Below are positions 30,677 to 40,401 of a stretch of DNA of 64,000 bases, one piece after another. This DNA comes from a virus. The position numbers were made by a program, and so were the translations under genes. The stretch is from the IMG/VR virus record IMGVR_UViG_3300030116_004952, positions 12,530 through 76,529 of that record; one strand, written 5' to 3'. Below the pieces are notes generated by a model that worked only from the letters and a program-made list of their open reading frames with translations, was not told the origin of the DNA and did not search any database. The first letter of the stretch is position 1. Each line of letters begins with the position of its first letter.

Positions 30677-31537
30677 TTATTCCTCTTCTTTTATGTTTAT
30701 TAAATCTGCAAAGGTTTTACCTTTGACTTCTTTTGCTTTTGTTAAACCAATTAGTTCAAGAACTAATTGAGTTTGTTTCCATATTGCTACGGTGCTGAAT
30801 CCTAACTTATCGGAAATCATTCCTCTATTGATAGGATGCCAATTGAACATATTTACTGTAATCCAGCAAATGCTCGCATCATAACTTTTTCCTTTGTTGA
30901 AGTGGCTATCTCGAATAACTCCTTCAAAGAATTCATAGACTTCTGTTGCCTTTAGATGAAAGGCTAAGTCGTCTGTCAATTTAGAAAGTTCACGCTTAAA
31001 TTTAAATAACGAGTTATCTCTTGTATTTGGTTTTCTATATTTGCGAATCTTTCTAATCATCTTATTTACTAGTTTAATACTACAATCAAACTCTTCGATA
31101 ATATCTTTTGTTTTTACTGGCGTTCCATTTTCTTCAAGAAGAATATAGACCATCGCACTACATCTGACTTCAAGATTAGAAGCACCAAAAACATTCTTTT
31201 CATACAAAGACATATACATCATTTCAGCATCACGCTTTATTGATGAAAAGCCTAATCTTGCTAAAATCATATTTGTCATCACAAGTGCTTTGTTGATATG
31301 TGTAGACATATTATTGTTTAGTCCACCACGATTAAACTTATACGAACCCTTTCCTGTAATAATAGAACCTAATCTATTATTATCAGGATTTCTTACAAGT
31401 TCACCTTGTTTTGCAAGAATAACCTGTTCTTCAAAGGCATCATAAATTAATACAAGCCCACATTCAGAACATTCCTTTTCTCCTAGTCTTTCATTAAAGT
31501 TAAATTCCCTACATCCACATTCTTCACAACTTATCAT
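30677..31537 (-). CDS. tfb: Transcription initiation factor B (TFB/TFIIB) homologue
   Basis: N-terminal zinc ribbon CEECG...ECSECGLV followed by two cyclin-like repeats. Confidence 0.8.
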   Translation of the reverse strand: MISCEECGCREFNFNERLGEKECSECGLVLIYDAFEEQVILAKQGELVRNPDNNRLGSIITGKGSYKFNRGGLNNNMSTHINKALVMTNMILARLGFSSIKRDAEMMYMSLYEKNVFGASNLEVRCSAMVYILLEENGTPVKTKDIIEEFDCSIKLVNKMIRKIRKYRKPNTRDNSLFKFKRELSKLTDDLAFHLKATEVYEFFEGVIRDSHFNKGKSYDASICWITVNMFNWHPINRGMISDKLGFSTVAIWKQTQLVLELIGLTKAKEVKGKTFADLINIKEEE

Positions 31538-32787
31538 TATTCTTCCTCCAACGGATTTATTGCCATTGTTACAAGAGGGTTTCTAATAGAATCTGGTTCA
31601 TTAGTTAAATACCTCTTAATTGTAGAAACTCTCGAAACTGTCATAGTATCATTTAGAAACGCTAATGCTCTTGCAACGAATTGGTCGCCAATTGAAGAAC
31701 CACTTTGCATATTATCAATACAAATTGGCCCTTTCCAATGTCCACCTTGAGTTACCTTCAAATGCTTTCCATCATCGTCAAGAATTTTATCTCCGCTTTT
31801 AGTATAGCAATAAACTTCTTCACTTCCCCAAACATAAGAACGAACATCTTGTGTTCCACTTGCTTTATAGCGAGAAGGTTCAATTCTCCAATCATATCCC
31901 TTTCCACGAACAAAGACTTCTTTAGGATAGCGATTTCCTTCTTCATCGGGCTTATCCCAAGATACATAGATATTATCATATTTTTCATTTACCTCTCTAA
32001 GAAGTTCTAGTGCCTTATCTTCAACAATACCATCCTTTCGATTTTGTTTCAAAAACTCTACCATAAGTTTATATTCTGATTCAGAACATGGGCGACCCAT
32101 TAATCTTTCAAAGAGAACTGATGGAGTTAAATCCTTCCAATGACCACGCTTCTTATTATGAACATATGAATTAACCATAGTATTTAGATTAGCAGTATTA
32201 ATTGTTCCCCAAACACCATCAGAAATTTCTAATGCAAATTCATCTGAACCAATCTGTTCTACATTGATTAGAACATCATGTCGGTTATATCTCTCATCAA
32301 AGAAATGATATGCTAAGCGATTCTCCAAAACGTGTCGAATGTTTTCGGGCATATTCAGATAGTGATGCATAACAGATAATAGAACCGTCATATCCTTCTC
32401 AAAACAAGACTTGTAAATAAGTCTTGATAGTGTTTCACAAATAATGATTTTAGATTTCTCAATACCATTCAAAGAAAAACGATTATTCTTTCTTTGAATA
32501 AAGACAGGTAATGTTCCAATTGTTAAAAACAAATCGAAGTCATTTCTGGTATTAATGTTCAAATAACTACCATTATATCTTCTCCTAGAACCCAATAAAT
32601 TACTATTAACAAAATCAGCGATTGCTGAATTAGTTGGGTCTTTCTTATGTGTAAAACTTCTAGGAAATATCCTAACAACTCCATTATGGCGATGAAGATT
32701 ATCACTATATATTACTGCTTCATAATTTAATTGTGTATCATCTACTTTTCCTATTCTTAATATTAATTTATTCTTTTCTTCTTCCAT
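31537..32787 (-). CDS. Hypothetical protein (C-terminal GPICID; speculative E2-like)
   Basis: Long co-oriented ORF; function not recognised with confidence. Confidence 0.5.
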   Translation of the reverse strand: MEEEKNKLILRIGKVDDTQLNYEAVIYSDNLHRHNGVVRIFPRSFTHKKDPTNSAIADFVNSNLLGSRRRYNGSYLNINTRNDFDLFLTIGTLPVFIQRKNNRFSLNGIEKSKIIICETLSRLIYKSCFEKDMTVLLSVMHHYLNMPENIRHVLENRLAYHFFDERYNRHDVLINVEQIGSDEFALEISDGVWGTINTANLNTMVNSYVHNKKRGHWKDLTPSVLFERLMGRPCSESEYKLMVEFLKQNRKDGIVEDKALELLREVNEKYDNIYVSWDKPDEEGNRYPKEVFVRGKGYDWRIEPSRYKASGTQDVRSYVWGSEEVYCYTKSGDKILDDDGKHLKVTQGGHWKGPICIDNMQSGSSIGDQFVARALAFLNDTMTVSRVSTIKRYLTNEPDSIRNPLVTMAINPLEEE

Positions 32788-32791
32788 ATTA

Positions 32792-32959
32792 TCACATCAT
32801 ATACATATTGTCATCTAATTTTTGTTCACATACTTCGTGAACTTGTCTCTTTATTTCTTCGGGAATCAATAATTGACCCCCACAAATACGGCAACGAGTT
32901 GCTACTCTTTTACCGTATGCTCTATGACTTTTAACAAAGTCTGGATTTTTTTCTTTCAT
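32792..32959 (-). CDS. 55-aa zinc-finger protein
   Basis: Manual translation MKEKNPDF...CRICGG...HEVC...MM*. Confidence 0.5.
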   Translation of the reverse strand: MKEKNPDFVKSHRAYGKRVATRCRICGGQLLIPEEIKRQVHEVCEQKLDDNMYMM

Positions 32960-33308
32960 CTTTCATACCTCTATATTTATTATTTATTTCATCTATATAA
33001 TTTATATCATTATTACGGTAATAAGAAAACATTTCTACAACGTCTTTGAGTTCATCTTCAAGGAAAAGAACAAAGCCAACCTCTTTGGCTTCGTCAATAT
33101 CCCACAAACACTTGTGGTAAAGCACATTATATAACCTTACCTTTCTATCATGTTCATTTTCTAACTGGTCGCAGACATTGAATGTTTTTTCTAATCTTTC
33201 TTGAGATTCTAAGGAGAATCTCTTTGCATTCAATTGAACATACGCTTTGAAATCAGCGTAAGAAATGTTTCTTAAAGCCCGATTAGATTTCACATTGTCC
33301 ACCTGCAC
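32931..33308 (-). CDS. Hypothetical protein
   Basis: Co-oriented ORF downstream of the RNR. Confidence 0.45.
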   Translation of the reverse strand: MQVDNVKSNRALRNISYADFKAYVQLNAKRFSLESQERLEKTFNVCDQLENEHDRKVRLYNVLYHKCLWDIDEAKEVGFVLFLEDELKDVVEMFSYYRNNDINYIDEINNKYRGMKDERKKSRLC

Positions 33309-35151
33309 AGGCTAATTCACCCGATAGGTTTGTATTATCTTGGCTTTCAATTACTTGAGTCAAGTCAATTTCAGATAAATTACCTACAAGTTCTTCATAC
33401 TCTTTCTTTGTAATTGTTTCAAATGGGGCTTGTTTGTATGTTCCACCATCATAAGGTAATACAGACAATCCATTGTAATAGTGTCTATTCATCCACATCC
33501 ATTCTCCAACATCATCCCATTCATTCTCTTTAATTGAGATTGTTGCAGAAACATTATGTGTATTCAATCCATCCCTATGACCTTCACGAACCCAACGAAT
33601 GCTAAAGTTCTTAACTCGGTCTAATAAATCAAATACATTTTCTGTTCTAATTGTTGCATCAGTTGGTGCTTTTTGAGGAATAGAAATAACTGCTTGTTCT
33701 GTTGGGTTAAAGTATTCATCTTCAACTAATTCTGGATGATGAACTGCCAAATAAGAATATATCGCTTCATTCTTCCCAACTCTTACTCTACGAATGTAAT
33801 ACTTATCATGCCATGCATGAATACCGCTTGAAGTTCCTAATACAAGAGAAGTTGTTCCTGCTGGTTTTACACAAGTAACACGACTTGCTTCATTAATACC
33901 AATAATAGTTGCGACTCTTTTATTTTCCATTTTAGCAGCAAACGCAGCCATTTCTAAATCTAATTTTTCAACAACTCCAGATGCAATACCTGTCATTGAT
34001 ACTCCAAGTAATGAATCTTTTTCACTATTCTTTTGCCAAATTTCTCTTAGATAATGAAAGTCAGTATATCCTGCCTGTAATGTTCCTAAAAACGAAGCAG
34101 CCTTAACTCTCGCTTCTAAATCAAATTGGTCAGTAACATTTGAAGCATTTACTTCTGTAAGATTACAGAATTGATATGGTCTTAATGCAATTTCACAGCA
34201 AGGATTAGTTCCCCAATCCTTATCATTACTGAAATAAATAGCGGGTTCTCCCGAACCACTATGCTGAATACGTTCCCATAATTCCATGAAAAACTCCTTT
34301 GTTACTCGATGACGAAGAATAACTGCTGAATTGTTTGCTCTACCACGTTGAGCATTGTTTTCCCACCAATTACCAGATTTACAAGCAATCATATCTGTAT
34401 CATCAGCACTAAATAGGCTAATCATAGCGGCTCTACGAATTCCACCCGCTAATACTGCATCAGCCAAATGACACATAATATCGTGAACTTGAATTGATTT
34501 TAGTTTTTCACCAATAGGAATGTTTTGAAGAATACCTTCAATTTTAACTAAACATTCTCTTAATGGCTGAAAACCTGGTGCTTTTCCACCACTAGTTCTT
34601 AATAGAGAACCTTTTGGTCTAATATCTGAATAATCAAATACTGGAGAAGAAGAACGAACACCTGTATAGCATTCTAATAGAACTTTAACAGAATCAGCCC
34701 AACCTTCAATTGAATCAGCAATTAAGTATCTTCGAGTTCGATTAGGATTAGGTTGAACAATTTCTGGTAATTGTTCAATATGATGTCTTTGAACAGAATA
34801 ACCTACACCTGTTCCTCCTAACAAAAGAAACATACTTTCTGAAAAAGAAACAATTGAATCAATTGGTAAGTATGCACAATTGTAGACTCTATTCGGAGAA
34901 ATTTCAATAGGCTTTCCACCGAATTGCATAGAACGCATAGAGGGCAATACTTTCTTAGTAATTACAAAGTTATCATAAACATCTCTAATTTCTTTTTCTA
35001 AATCTGGATATTTCTTTATGTGCATATCCATATTTCTTTGAACAATTTCAGTCCATGTTTCTCTTCTTTGCAGTTCTTCTTGATACCGAGCATATTTCAT
35101 ATGCACCGTAATGTCTGATAAAATCTCTTTTTCTGTCGTCATAATTAACAC
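33283..35151 (-). CDS. nrdJ: Class II (B12-dependent, monomeric-type) ribonucleotide reductase
   Basis: YNCA, GGTGVGYS, RRAAMI, TNPCCEI, KPAGT, C-terminal CAGGQC. Confidence 0.92.
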   Translation of the reverse strand: MLIMTTEKEILSDITVHMKYARYQEELQRRETWTEIVQRNMDMHIKKYPDLEKEIRDVYDNFVITKKVLPSMRSMQFGGKPIEISPNRVYNCAYLPIDSIVSFSESMFLLLGGTGVGYSVQRHHIEQLPEIVQPNPNRTRRYLIADSIEGWADSVKVLLECYTGVRSSSPVFDYSDIRPKGSLLRTSGGKAPGFQPLRECLVKIEGILQNIPIGEKLKSIQVHDIMCHLADAVLAGGIRRAAMISLFSADDTDMIACKSGNWWENNAQRGRANNSAVILRHRVTKEFFMELWERIQHSGSGEPAIYFSNDKDWGTNPCCEIALRPYQFCNLTEVNASNVTDQFDLEARVKAASFLGTLQAGYTDFHYLREIWQKNSEKDSLLGVSMTGIASGVVEKLDLEMAAFAAKMENKRVATIIGINEASRVTCVKPAGTTSLVLGTSSGIHAWHDKYYIRRVRVGKNEAIYSYLAVHHPELVEDEYFNPTEQAVISIPQKAPTDATIRTENVFDLLDRVKNFSIRWVREGHRDGLNTHNVSATISIKENEWDDVGEWMWMNRHYYNGLSVLPYDGGTYKQAPFETITKKEYEELVGNLSEIDLTQVIESQDNTNLSGELACAGGQCEI

Positions 35152-35523
35152 CTTAGTTTTGTGGTTTTTGGCAATTTATCTAAAGTAGTGAAAGAATACA
35201 TCCATTCACCATTCTTAAAAACAACCCATTCCTTTTCTTCTATAAATTGCCATTCATCGAATGAGTTTATTACATTGTTTCCAAACTCTTTGATTAGTTC
35301 GGATATTGAATTGAATATTTTATTTTGATATTTAACAACAGTAGTTCCTAAACTTCTAATTTGAGAACCTTTAGGAGATACTGCTATAATTGATTCGTCG
35401 TCGTAAAAATCTGCTTTAAACACAGCAACATTATTTATTACAGTTGGATTCATTAACTTCCAACCATTAATTTGCATCATCATTGTTAGGGCTTCTTCGG
35501 ATATGAAAGATTTTAAATCCATA
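35145..35523 (-). CDS. Hypothetical protein (likely start MDLKS)
   Basis: The track N-terminus overlaps a terminator hairpin, so a downstream Met is more plausible. Confidence 0.5.
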
Positions 35524-35536
35524 ATAATCAACAACG

Positions 35537-35581
35537 AAAAAAAAGGGGGAGAAGAACCCCAACAGTTCTTCCCCCCCAAAA
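35537..35581 (-). terminator. Hairpin + U-tract after the Ubl gene
   Basis: GGGGGAAGAAC...GTTCTTCTCCCCC followed by T7 on the - strand. Confidence 0.65.
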
Positions 35582-35610
35582 GTGCGTGGCTTTGGTATAT
35601 TGAAATTAAC

Positions 35611-35817
35611 TCAATATTGACCTCCAACAATTGCAGGGGTTAAATCGACGCTTGTAACGTCATCCCATGCAATTTCCCGAATTTGCTCTCTCGCAACCAT
35701 TTCACCATTGATAAAGACCCAATGGGTTGGATGGGTGTCAATTTGTTCAATTACCTCGCTTTCCGATAAGGTTAGCGTTGTGTGTCCTGTTTCATTCAAA
35801 ATTGTCAGCGTTATCAT
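35611..35817 (-). CDS. Ubiquitin-like beta-grasp protein (ThiS/MoaD/SAMP-like) with GG + 2-aa extension
   Basis: 68 aa; VFINGE; ...VDLTPAIVGG-QY*. Confidence 0.8.
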   Translation of the reverse strand: MITLTILNETGHTTLTLSESEVIEQIDTHPTHWVFINGEMVAREQIREIAWDDVTSVDLTPAIVGGQY

Positions 35818-35911
35818 ATTATCACTTCCTGTGTTGTTCCATATACCTGTGCCACTTAAGCGTTACTAATCGTTGGGGTTGTGCGCTTGTCTCATTATTG
35901 TCGAAATGCAA

Positions 35912-36211
35912 TCAAATCATCTCCTTGTCCATTTTCTCATATTGTCGTTGTTCACGCAAATAGCCATCAAGGATATAGTCTACCTTTTCTGGTAATGCGT
36001 CAAATATACCTGCAATAAGTTTCCTATTGAGGCTTATCCAAATACGGTGATAAGTATTAATTATCACCTTTGGTTCATCTTTTTCGTTCATAGTTACGAC
36101 AATGGGAGGTAATTCCTCATCATCAACTATTCTAAATTCTACTGGTTTCTTTTCTTGTATTACTGTCATATTATCATCTCCTAAATAATTTCTAATTGTT
36201 CCATAAACCAA
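35912..36211 (-). CDS. Hypothetical protein
   Basis: Co-oriented ORF. Confidence 0.55.
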   Translation of the reverse strand: MVYGTIRNYLGDDNMTVIQEKKPVEFRIVDDEELPPIVVTMNEKDEPKVIINTYHRIWISLNRKLIAGIFDALPEKVDYILDGYLREQRQYEKMDKEMI

Positions 36212-36368
36212 ACTAGGACAATAAGGGGTAGCATAAATAACATATATGCATAATGTCCTACCGTCTTAATTAGGTAAATTAACTCTCTCTTTGCTGTTTT
36301 ATATGCTCTTTTGAGCAAACTTTCTTCTATATTATTCCAAAACATATTTATTTCTCCTTGTGAATAAG

Positions 36369-36440
36369 CGGGCATAACAGGAATCGAACCCGTATCTTCG
36401 GCTTAGAAGGCCAAAATGCTATCCATTACACCATATGCCC
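36369..36440 (-). tRNA. tRNA-Arg(TCT)
   Basis: GGGCATA/TATGCCC acceptor; TTGGC-CTTCTAA-GCCGA anticodon arm; ACGGG-TTCGATT-CCTGT T arm; no encoded CCA. Confidence 0.92.
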
Positions 36441-36447
36441 ATTTTGT

Positions 36448-36774
36448 TTAACCAACATACGCCAACAATGCAGGTATGTTTTTTGTTTGAGTAAGCATTT
36501 GAATGCGGTCTGTATTATCTGTATTAGAACGGATAATAGCAGTTGCAACTGTTTCAGCAAGTTTCTGAATACTGCAATTAACTAAAACATCTCGAACTTC
36601 TTGTTCTAAGAAATCAAGAAACGCTTCTTCTGCTTTACAAGACATACATTCAACTTTCATCATCACATCGTGATTATAGTCTGCTTCAAGGATAAATCCA
36701 CGACCACCACAATCTTTACAGACCATCAAAAGTCCTCCGTAATAATGAATTCTTTTGTATCTTTTTGACTCCAA
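36448..36774 (-). CDS. Zinc-finger protein
   Basis: CKDCGGRG...CMSC. Confidence 0.55.
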   Translation of the reverse strand: MESKRYKRIHYYGGLLMVCKDCGGRGFILEADYNHDVMMKVECMSCKAEEAFLDFLEQEVRDVLVNCSIQKLAETVATAIIRSNTDNTDRIQMLTQTKNIPALLAYVG

Positions 36775-36998
36775 TACTGATATGTTAGCATTGTTGCAAT
36801 CATATAGTTATAGTTTGTTGAACTAGGATTCTCTATAAACATCTCAAATGCTGCTTGTAAATAATTATTTGCATTTGCAATTCCTAGTTCTTTCTCCATT
36901 GAATCAACAGCATCATGGATTGAACCATACTTCTGCTTCAATATCTGAAGAGTCTTTTGTTCTACGTTATTAAAAAACAATTTATTTTCATCTTTCAT
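36726..36998 (-). CDS. Hypothetical protein
   Basis: Co-oriented ORF. Confidence 0.5.
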   Translation of the reverse strand: MKDENKLFFNNVEQKTLQILKQKYGSIHDAVDSMEKELGIANANNYLQAAFEMFIENPSSTNYNYMIATMLTYQYWSQKDTKEFIITEDF

Positions 36999-37000
36999 TT

Positions 37001-37642
37001 TTACACTTCCTTTAATTGTATATTTGCGTCGAATGCTTTATTGAATGCCAACGCCCATTCATTGTATTTAACTTCATATTGGTTTGCAGGAAACCAATCT
37101 GGCCTTCTATTCATTCGCCATTCAGCGAACTTCCATTTGCCTTCAAGATAGTAATGGCGATATGATTGTATTACATATTCCCATTCATCATCAAAGGTAT
37201 TTTCTATGCGATATTTGTCAAGCATAGCAATTTTTACTGGAGATGCTTTACTTGAAAAAGCATCTCTAAGGTTAATAGCCATGTCAAGAATTCTTTTTTC
37301 ACTTCCATGTGTTTTTCCATACCTAAACGTATATTCTTCACAAAGAGCCAAACCATGTTCATATAACCACTTTGTATTGTGTAATGATTCTCTCGCCCAA
37401 ATAGTTGAAGGGTGATTCAACATAGCGGGTTTCATTAGAGTAGAATTACTTTGTGCATGGAATCGCTTAAGTTCTCCGAGAGATGGTTCAAAACCATAAA
37501 CACCTTTGAACATTGTAAATAGTAAATTAGTATGCAACATTTGACAAGTTTCTGTTGGCATCTTTACAACGTGCTTATCAAGCATTTGTTGTGCTGATTC
37601 AACAGGACATTTACTTAGTGCAAATATATTCATCTTCTTCAC
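37001..37642 (-). CDS. Pyrimidine-dimer DNA glycosylase (DenV/endonuclease V)-like protein
   Basis: MNIF...DKHVVKM...QML...NHPSTIWARES...EYTFRYGKTH...YRHYY family pattern. Confidence 0.75.
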   Translation of the reverse strand: MKKMNIFALSKCPVESAQQMLDKHVVKMPTETCQMLHTNLLFTMFKGVYGFEPSLGELKRFHAQSNSTLMKPAMLNHPSTIWARESLHNTKWLYEHGLALCEEYTFRYGKTHGSEKRILDMAINLRDAFSSKASPVKIAMLDKYRIENTFDDEWEYVIQSYRHYYLEGKWKFAEWRMNRRPDWFPANQYEVKYNEWALAFNKAFDANIQLKEV

Positions 37643-37774
37643 CTCTTAGTTTAGCAAAATGTATATCTGCTAAAGGGTCGCCACACACGGTCATAATTTC
37701 TTCCCATGCATCTTCACCATAAACTTCCTTAATGTGTTTGTTAATATAATTAAACCATCTTAGCCAAATTTCAT

Positions 37775-37957
37775 TCATTCTTCTTCACCTCTAATTTCGT
37801 ATAATTTGTCCATAAGATTCCAATACTCTTTTTCATCTTTTTCAGAAAGAGCAGCAATTACTTTTGTCCAATCCGTATATCTTAAGTATTTCTTTTGAGC
37901 CTTAATTTCAAGTTCTAGAATCCTTTTCTTTAGTTCAAGTTGTTCAACAGGGGTCAT
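37775..37957 (-). CDS. Small hypothetical protein
   Basis: Coupled ORF ending GEEE*. Confidence 0.5.
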   Translation of the reverse strand: MTPVEQLELKKRILELEIKAQKKYLRYTDWTKVIAALSEKDEKEYWNLMDKLYEIRGEEE

Positions 37958-38120
37958 TCTTCATCACCTTTCCAATACCATGTTTGTTCGCCTAATTCGT
38001 CTAAAGTCATATCAAATGTTTTGGCAATAACATTCATTGGGATGCACATATACCATCCAATTTCACGGCTTTCGCCATTAAATTCCTTATAGTTTTTTCG
38101 CATAAATTCAATGATTGGAT

Positions 38121-38306
38121 TCATTCTTCTTCACCATCCTTATTCATAGCATCTGTTTCTTCAACTAATTTCATATAATCTCGACATTTGTAATAAATGA
38201 GATTAAATACAACCTTGTGGTGTTCATCTCCTTCATCTCTAGTTTGTAGAAATCTACAAATTAGATTCAATAGTTTGTGCATTTCATTAGTTACTTCTTT
38301 ATTCAT
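38121..38306 (-). CDS. Small hypothetical protein
   Basis: Coupled ORF ending DGEEE*. Confidence 0.5.
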   Translation of the reverse strand: MNKEVTNEMHKLLNLICRFLQTRDEGDEHHKVVFNLIYYKCRDYMKLVEETDAMNKDGEEE

Positions 38307-38447
38307 ATTTTCACCTTCTTTGATTTTAGGTATGCTTGATATGGGCGCATTCCTAGACCCAGTAATTCTTGGTATTTTTCAACCCGTTTTGCTTCGTATT
38401 TTATTGTCCTATTGAGAAACTCAGGTTTATACAACCTATGATTCATT

Positions 38448-38657
38448 TTAGGAATTATATCTTTCATATATTTCTTCATTACAACCACTACATATTGTTA
38501 TTATTATTTCTGATTCTTCAACAGAATCGAACTCACTACTGATTATTCTCAGATTATGAGTTGCAGGAAGGAAACACACATGACATCTTATCTTGGGTTT
38601 CCTTGTGAATATTTCTTTGCTTAATATATTATTTAACCATTTTAACATAATTATCAC
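38448..38657 (-). CDS. Small zinc-finger protein
   Basis: CHVC...CSGC. Confidence 0.45.
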   Translation of the reverse strand: MIIMLKWLNNILSKEIFTRKPKIRCHVCFLPATHNLRIISSEFDSVEESEIIITICSGCNEEIYERYNS

Positions 38658-39017
38658 CCATAGGGCGGGGAAACGACTTCACAAGTTTTGACAATTGCTA
38701 TCTCCGTGATTCGCAAGATTTTGTCGTTATTACTGGATAAACCCCTAAAGGTGGAGGAAAATGCTGGTAATGAAAACACAATACCCGATGAGCCAGCATT
38801 TTTACCTTTAAACCTCCGTTTCCAAAAAGGTCTGAAGAGACCCCAAACAATAAGTCTATCACCTTAATTGGAATTTGAAAAACTGTTCGTATGCTTCTAT
38901 TAACTTACGAACAGGTTTGTCCTTGTTCTCTAACAATACAGCATGGAAAGTTCTAATTATTCCCAATAAATATTCTGCATTGTCATTGTGTTGTGAATCA
39001 TCCATCATAGTTTCACC

Positions 39018-39341
39018 TCAGAAAGATTTACCATGCATAAATTCACGACTGGTGTTATATTCCACCTTTGCAAGTATAGCACCTGCAATATCTAAATCTT
39101 TGCCAAACGCATAATCCATAATACGGATAACTGCATCGGCAAGTTCTTCTTCAAGATTACTAAACTCAATAATCTTATTTGAGGAAGGATTACCTTCACG
39201 TAAAGCCTCTAAAGCCTCACTAATCTCAGCATGAATTAAAGCCATTCTTTCGCCATCATTTACTTCATCTTTCCAGAATCCATGATTAACTGCGTTTTTG
39301 TAGACTTCTTTTGCTAATTTATTCCATTCCTTCTCAAACAT
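39018..39341 (-). CDS. MazG-like all-alpha NTP pyrophosphohydrolase
   Basis: LIHAEISEALEALR...EEELADAVIRIMD; likely start MFEKEW. Confidence 0.85.
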   Translation of the reverse strand: MFEKEWNKLAKEVYKNAVNHGFWKDEVNDGERMALIHAEISEALEALREGNPSSNKIIEFSNLEEELADAVIRIMDYAFGKDLDIAGAILAKVEYNTSREFMHGKSF

Positions 39342-39516
39342 TTTTCTTCGCCTCATTTTCTTGTTTAAACATCTTTGCAGTTTCAACGCATCTTTCGTAT
39401 GTATTTTCGTTGATGTTTTCTCCACGTTGAACCTTTAGACTGAAAATCCAATCTGCAATTTCTTTTGTAGATGCCCCATCTTCTAGCATAGCACTTAATT
39501 GACTCATTTTACCCAT
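39334..39516 (-). CDS. Small hypothetical protein
   Basis: GGTGA RBS; coupled to the MazG-like gene. Confidence 0.5.
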   Translation of the reverse strand: MGKMSQLSAMLEDGASTKEIADWIFSLKVQRGENINENTYERCVETAKMFKQENEAKKNV

Positions 39517-40141
39517 TTAATCACCTGCATAGAATTGTTTTCTTGAATTGTTTTCCACAATCAAGACATTCACAATACATGATTCCTTCATCAAAATCTT
39601 CTTCAATGTAAATAAATTCCTTGTGTTCACACTTCATTCTTTTCACACTCACAAAGTTCTTCTTTCGCTCTCCATGCATCAACAAAACTTACGCTACAAT
39701 TATTATCATATTTTACGCTAATTCCACATTCGCACTTCATTTCCATTATATTTACGTATCTATTTTTCAACATTTTTTCATCTCCTTTAAGCCGCTTGTG
39801 GATAATAGTCATCATTCATACTACTATCCCAAATTTCCTGCTCTATTCTATTTATGTTCTGCATTAAATCAAATTGCTGTTTCTGTGGACTGTGCCAACA
39901 CCAGTTAATTGCCCATTGTAATTGTTCATACCAAAATGTTTCCCAATAATTAGGGAGTATTTTACTCCAAAAATTACTCATATTCATTCCTCCAATGATT
40001 GAAGATAATCTCCGAGAAGAGAGATAACGTAATTATTACCTCTATCTTCAGCAACAATGCTCAACAAATCTTCCATCATTTCTTCAAGGTCATCTCGCAT
40101 TGATTCATCCTTTAATCGCTTAAACGCTTCTAAATAACTAT

Positions 40142-40390
40142 TCATTCTTCTTCACCTCGATTAGCCATCCATGTCCATTCTTCATGTAGATTGGTAACAT
40201 CTTCGTCAATATCAGAAGCAGATGTTGGGTCGAAACTAAACACATATGTTTCTCCTTCATGTTCAGCAAACATAAAGACATTCCATGTATCTAATTTCAT
40301 TCCCAATCGTTGTGCTTCTTCCATATCAATTACTTTCAAGGTATTGACTACCTTAACTTCATTAATTAATTCATATATTCTTTTGTTCAT
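40142..40390 (-). CDS. Small hypothetical protein
   Basis: GGTGAAGAAGA-ATG start; ends GEEE*. Confidence 0.55.
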   Translation of the reverse strand: MNKRIYELINEVKVVNTLKVIDMEEAQRLGMKLDTWNVFMFAEHEGETYVFSFDPTSASDIDEDVTNLHEEWTWMANRGEEE

Positions 40391-40401
40391 TCTTCTTCAC
40401 C

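Noticed and set aside
36431-36437. CCATATG in tRNA-Arg (and CATATG at the paralog A start) as array sites
   Set aside because: They lack the CAA prefix, GGT suffix and CTTTG arm; probably chance matches.
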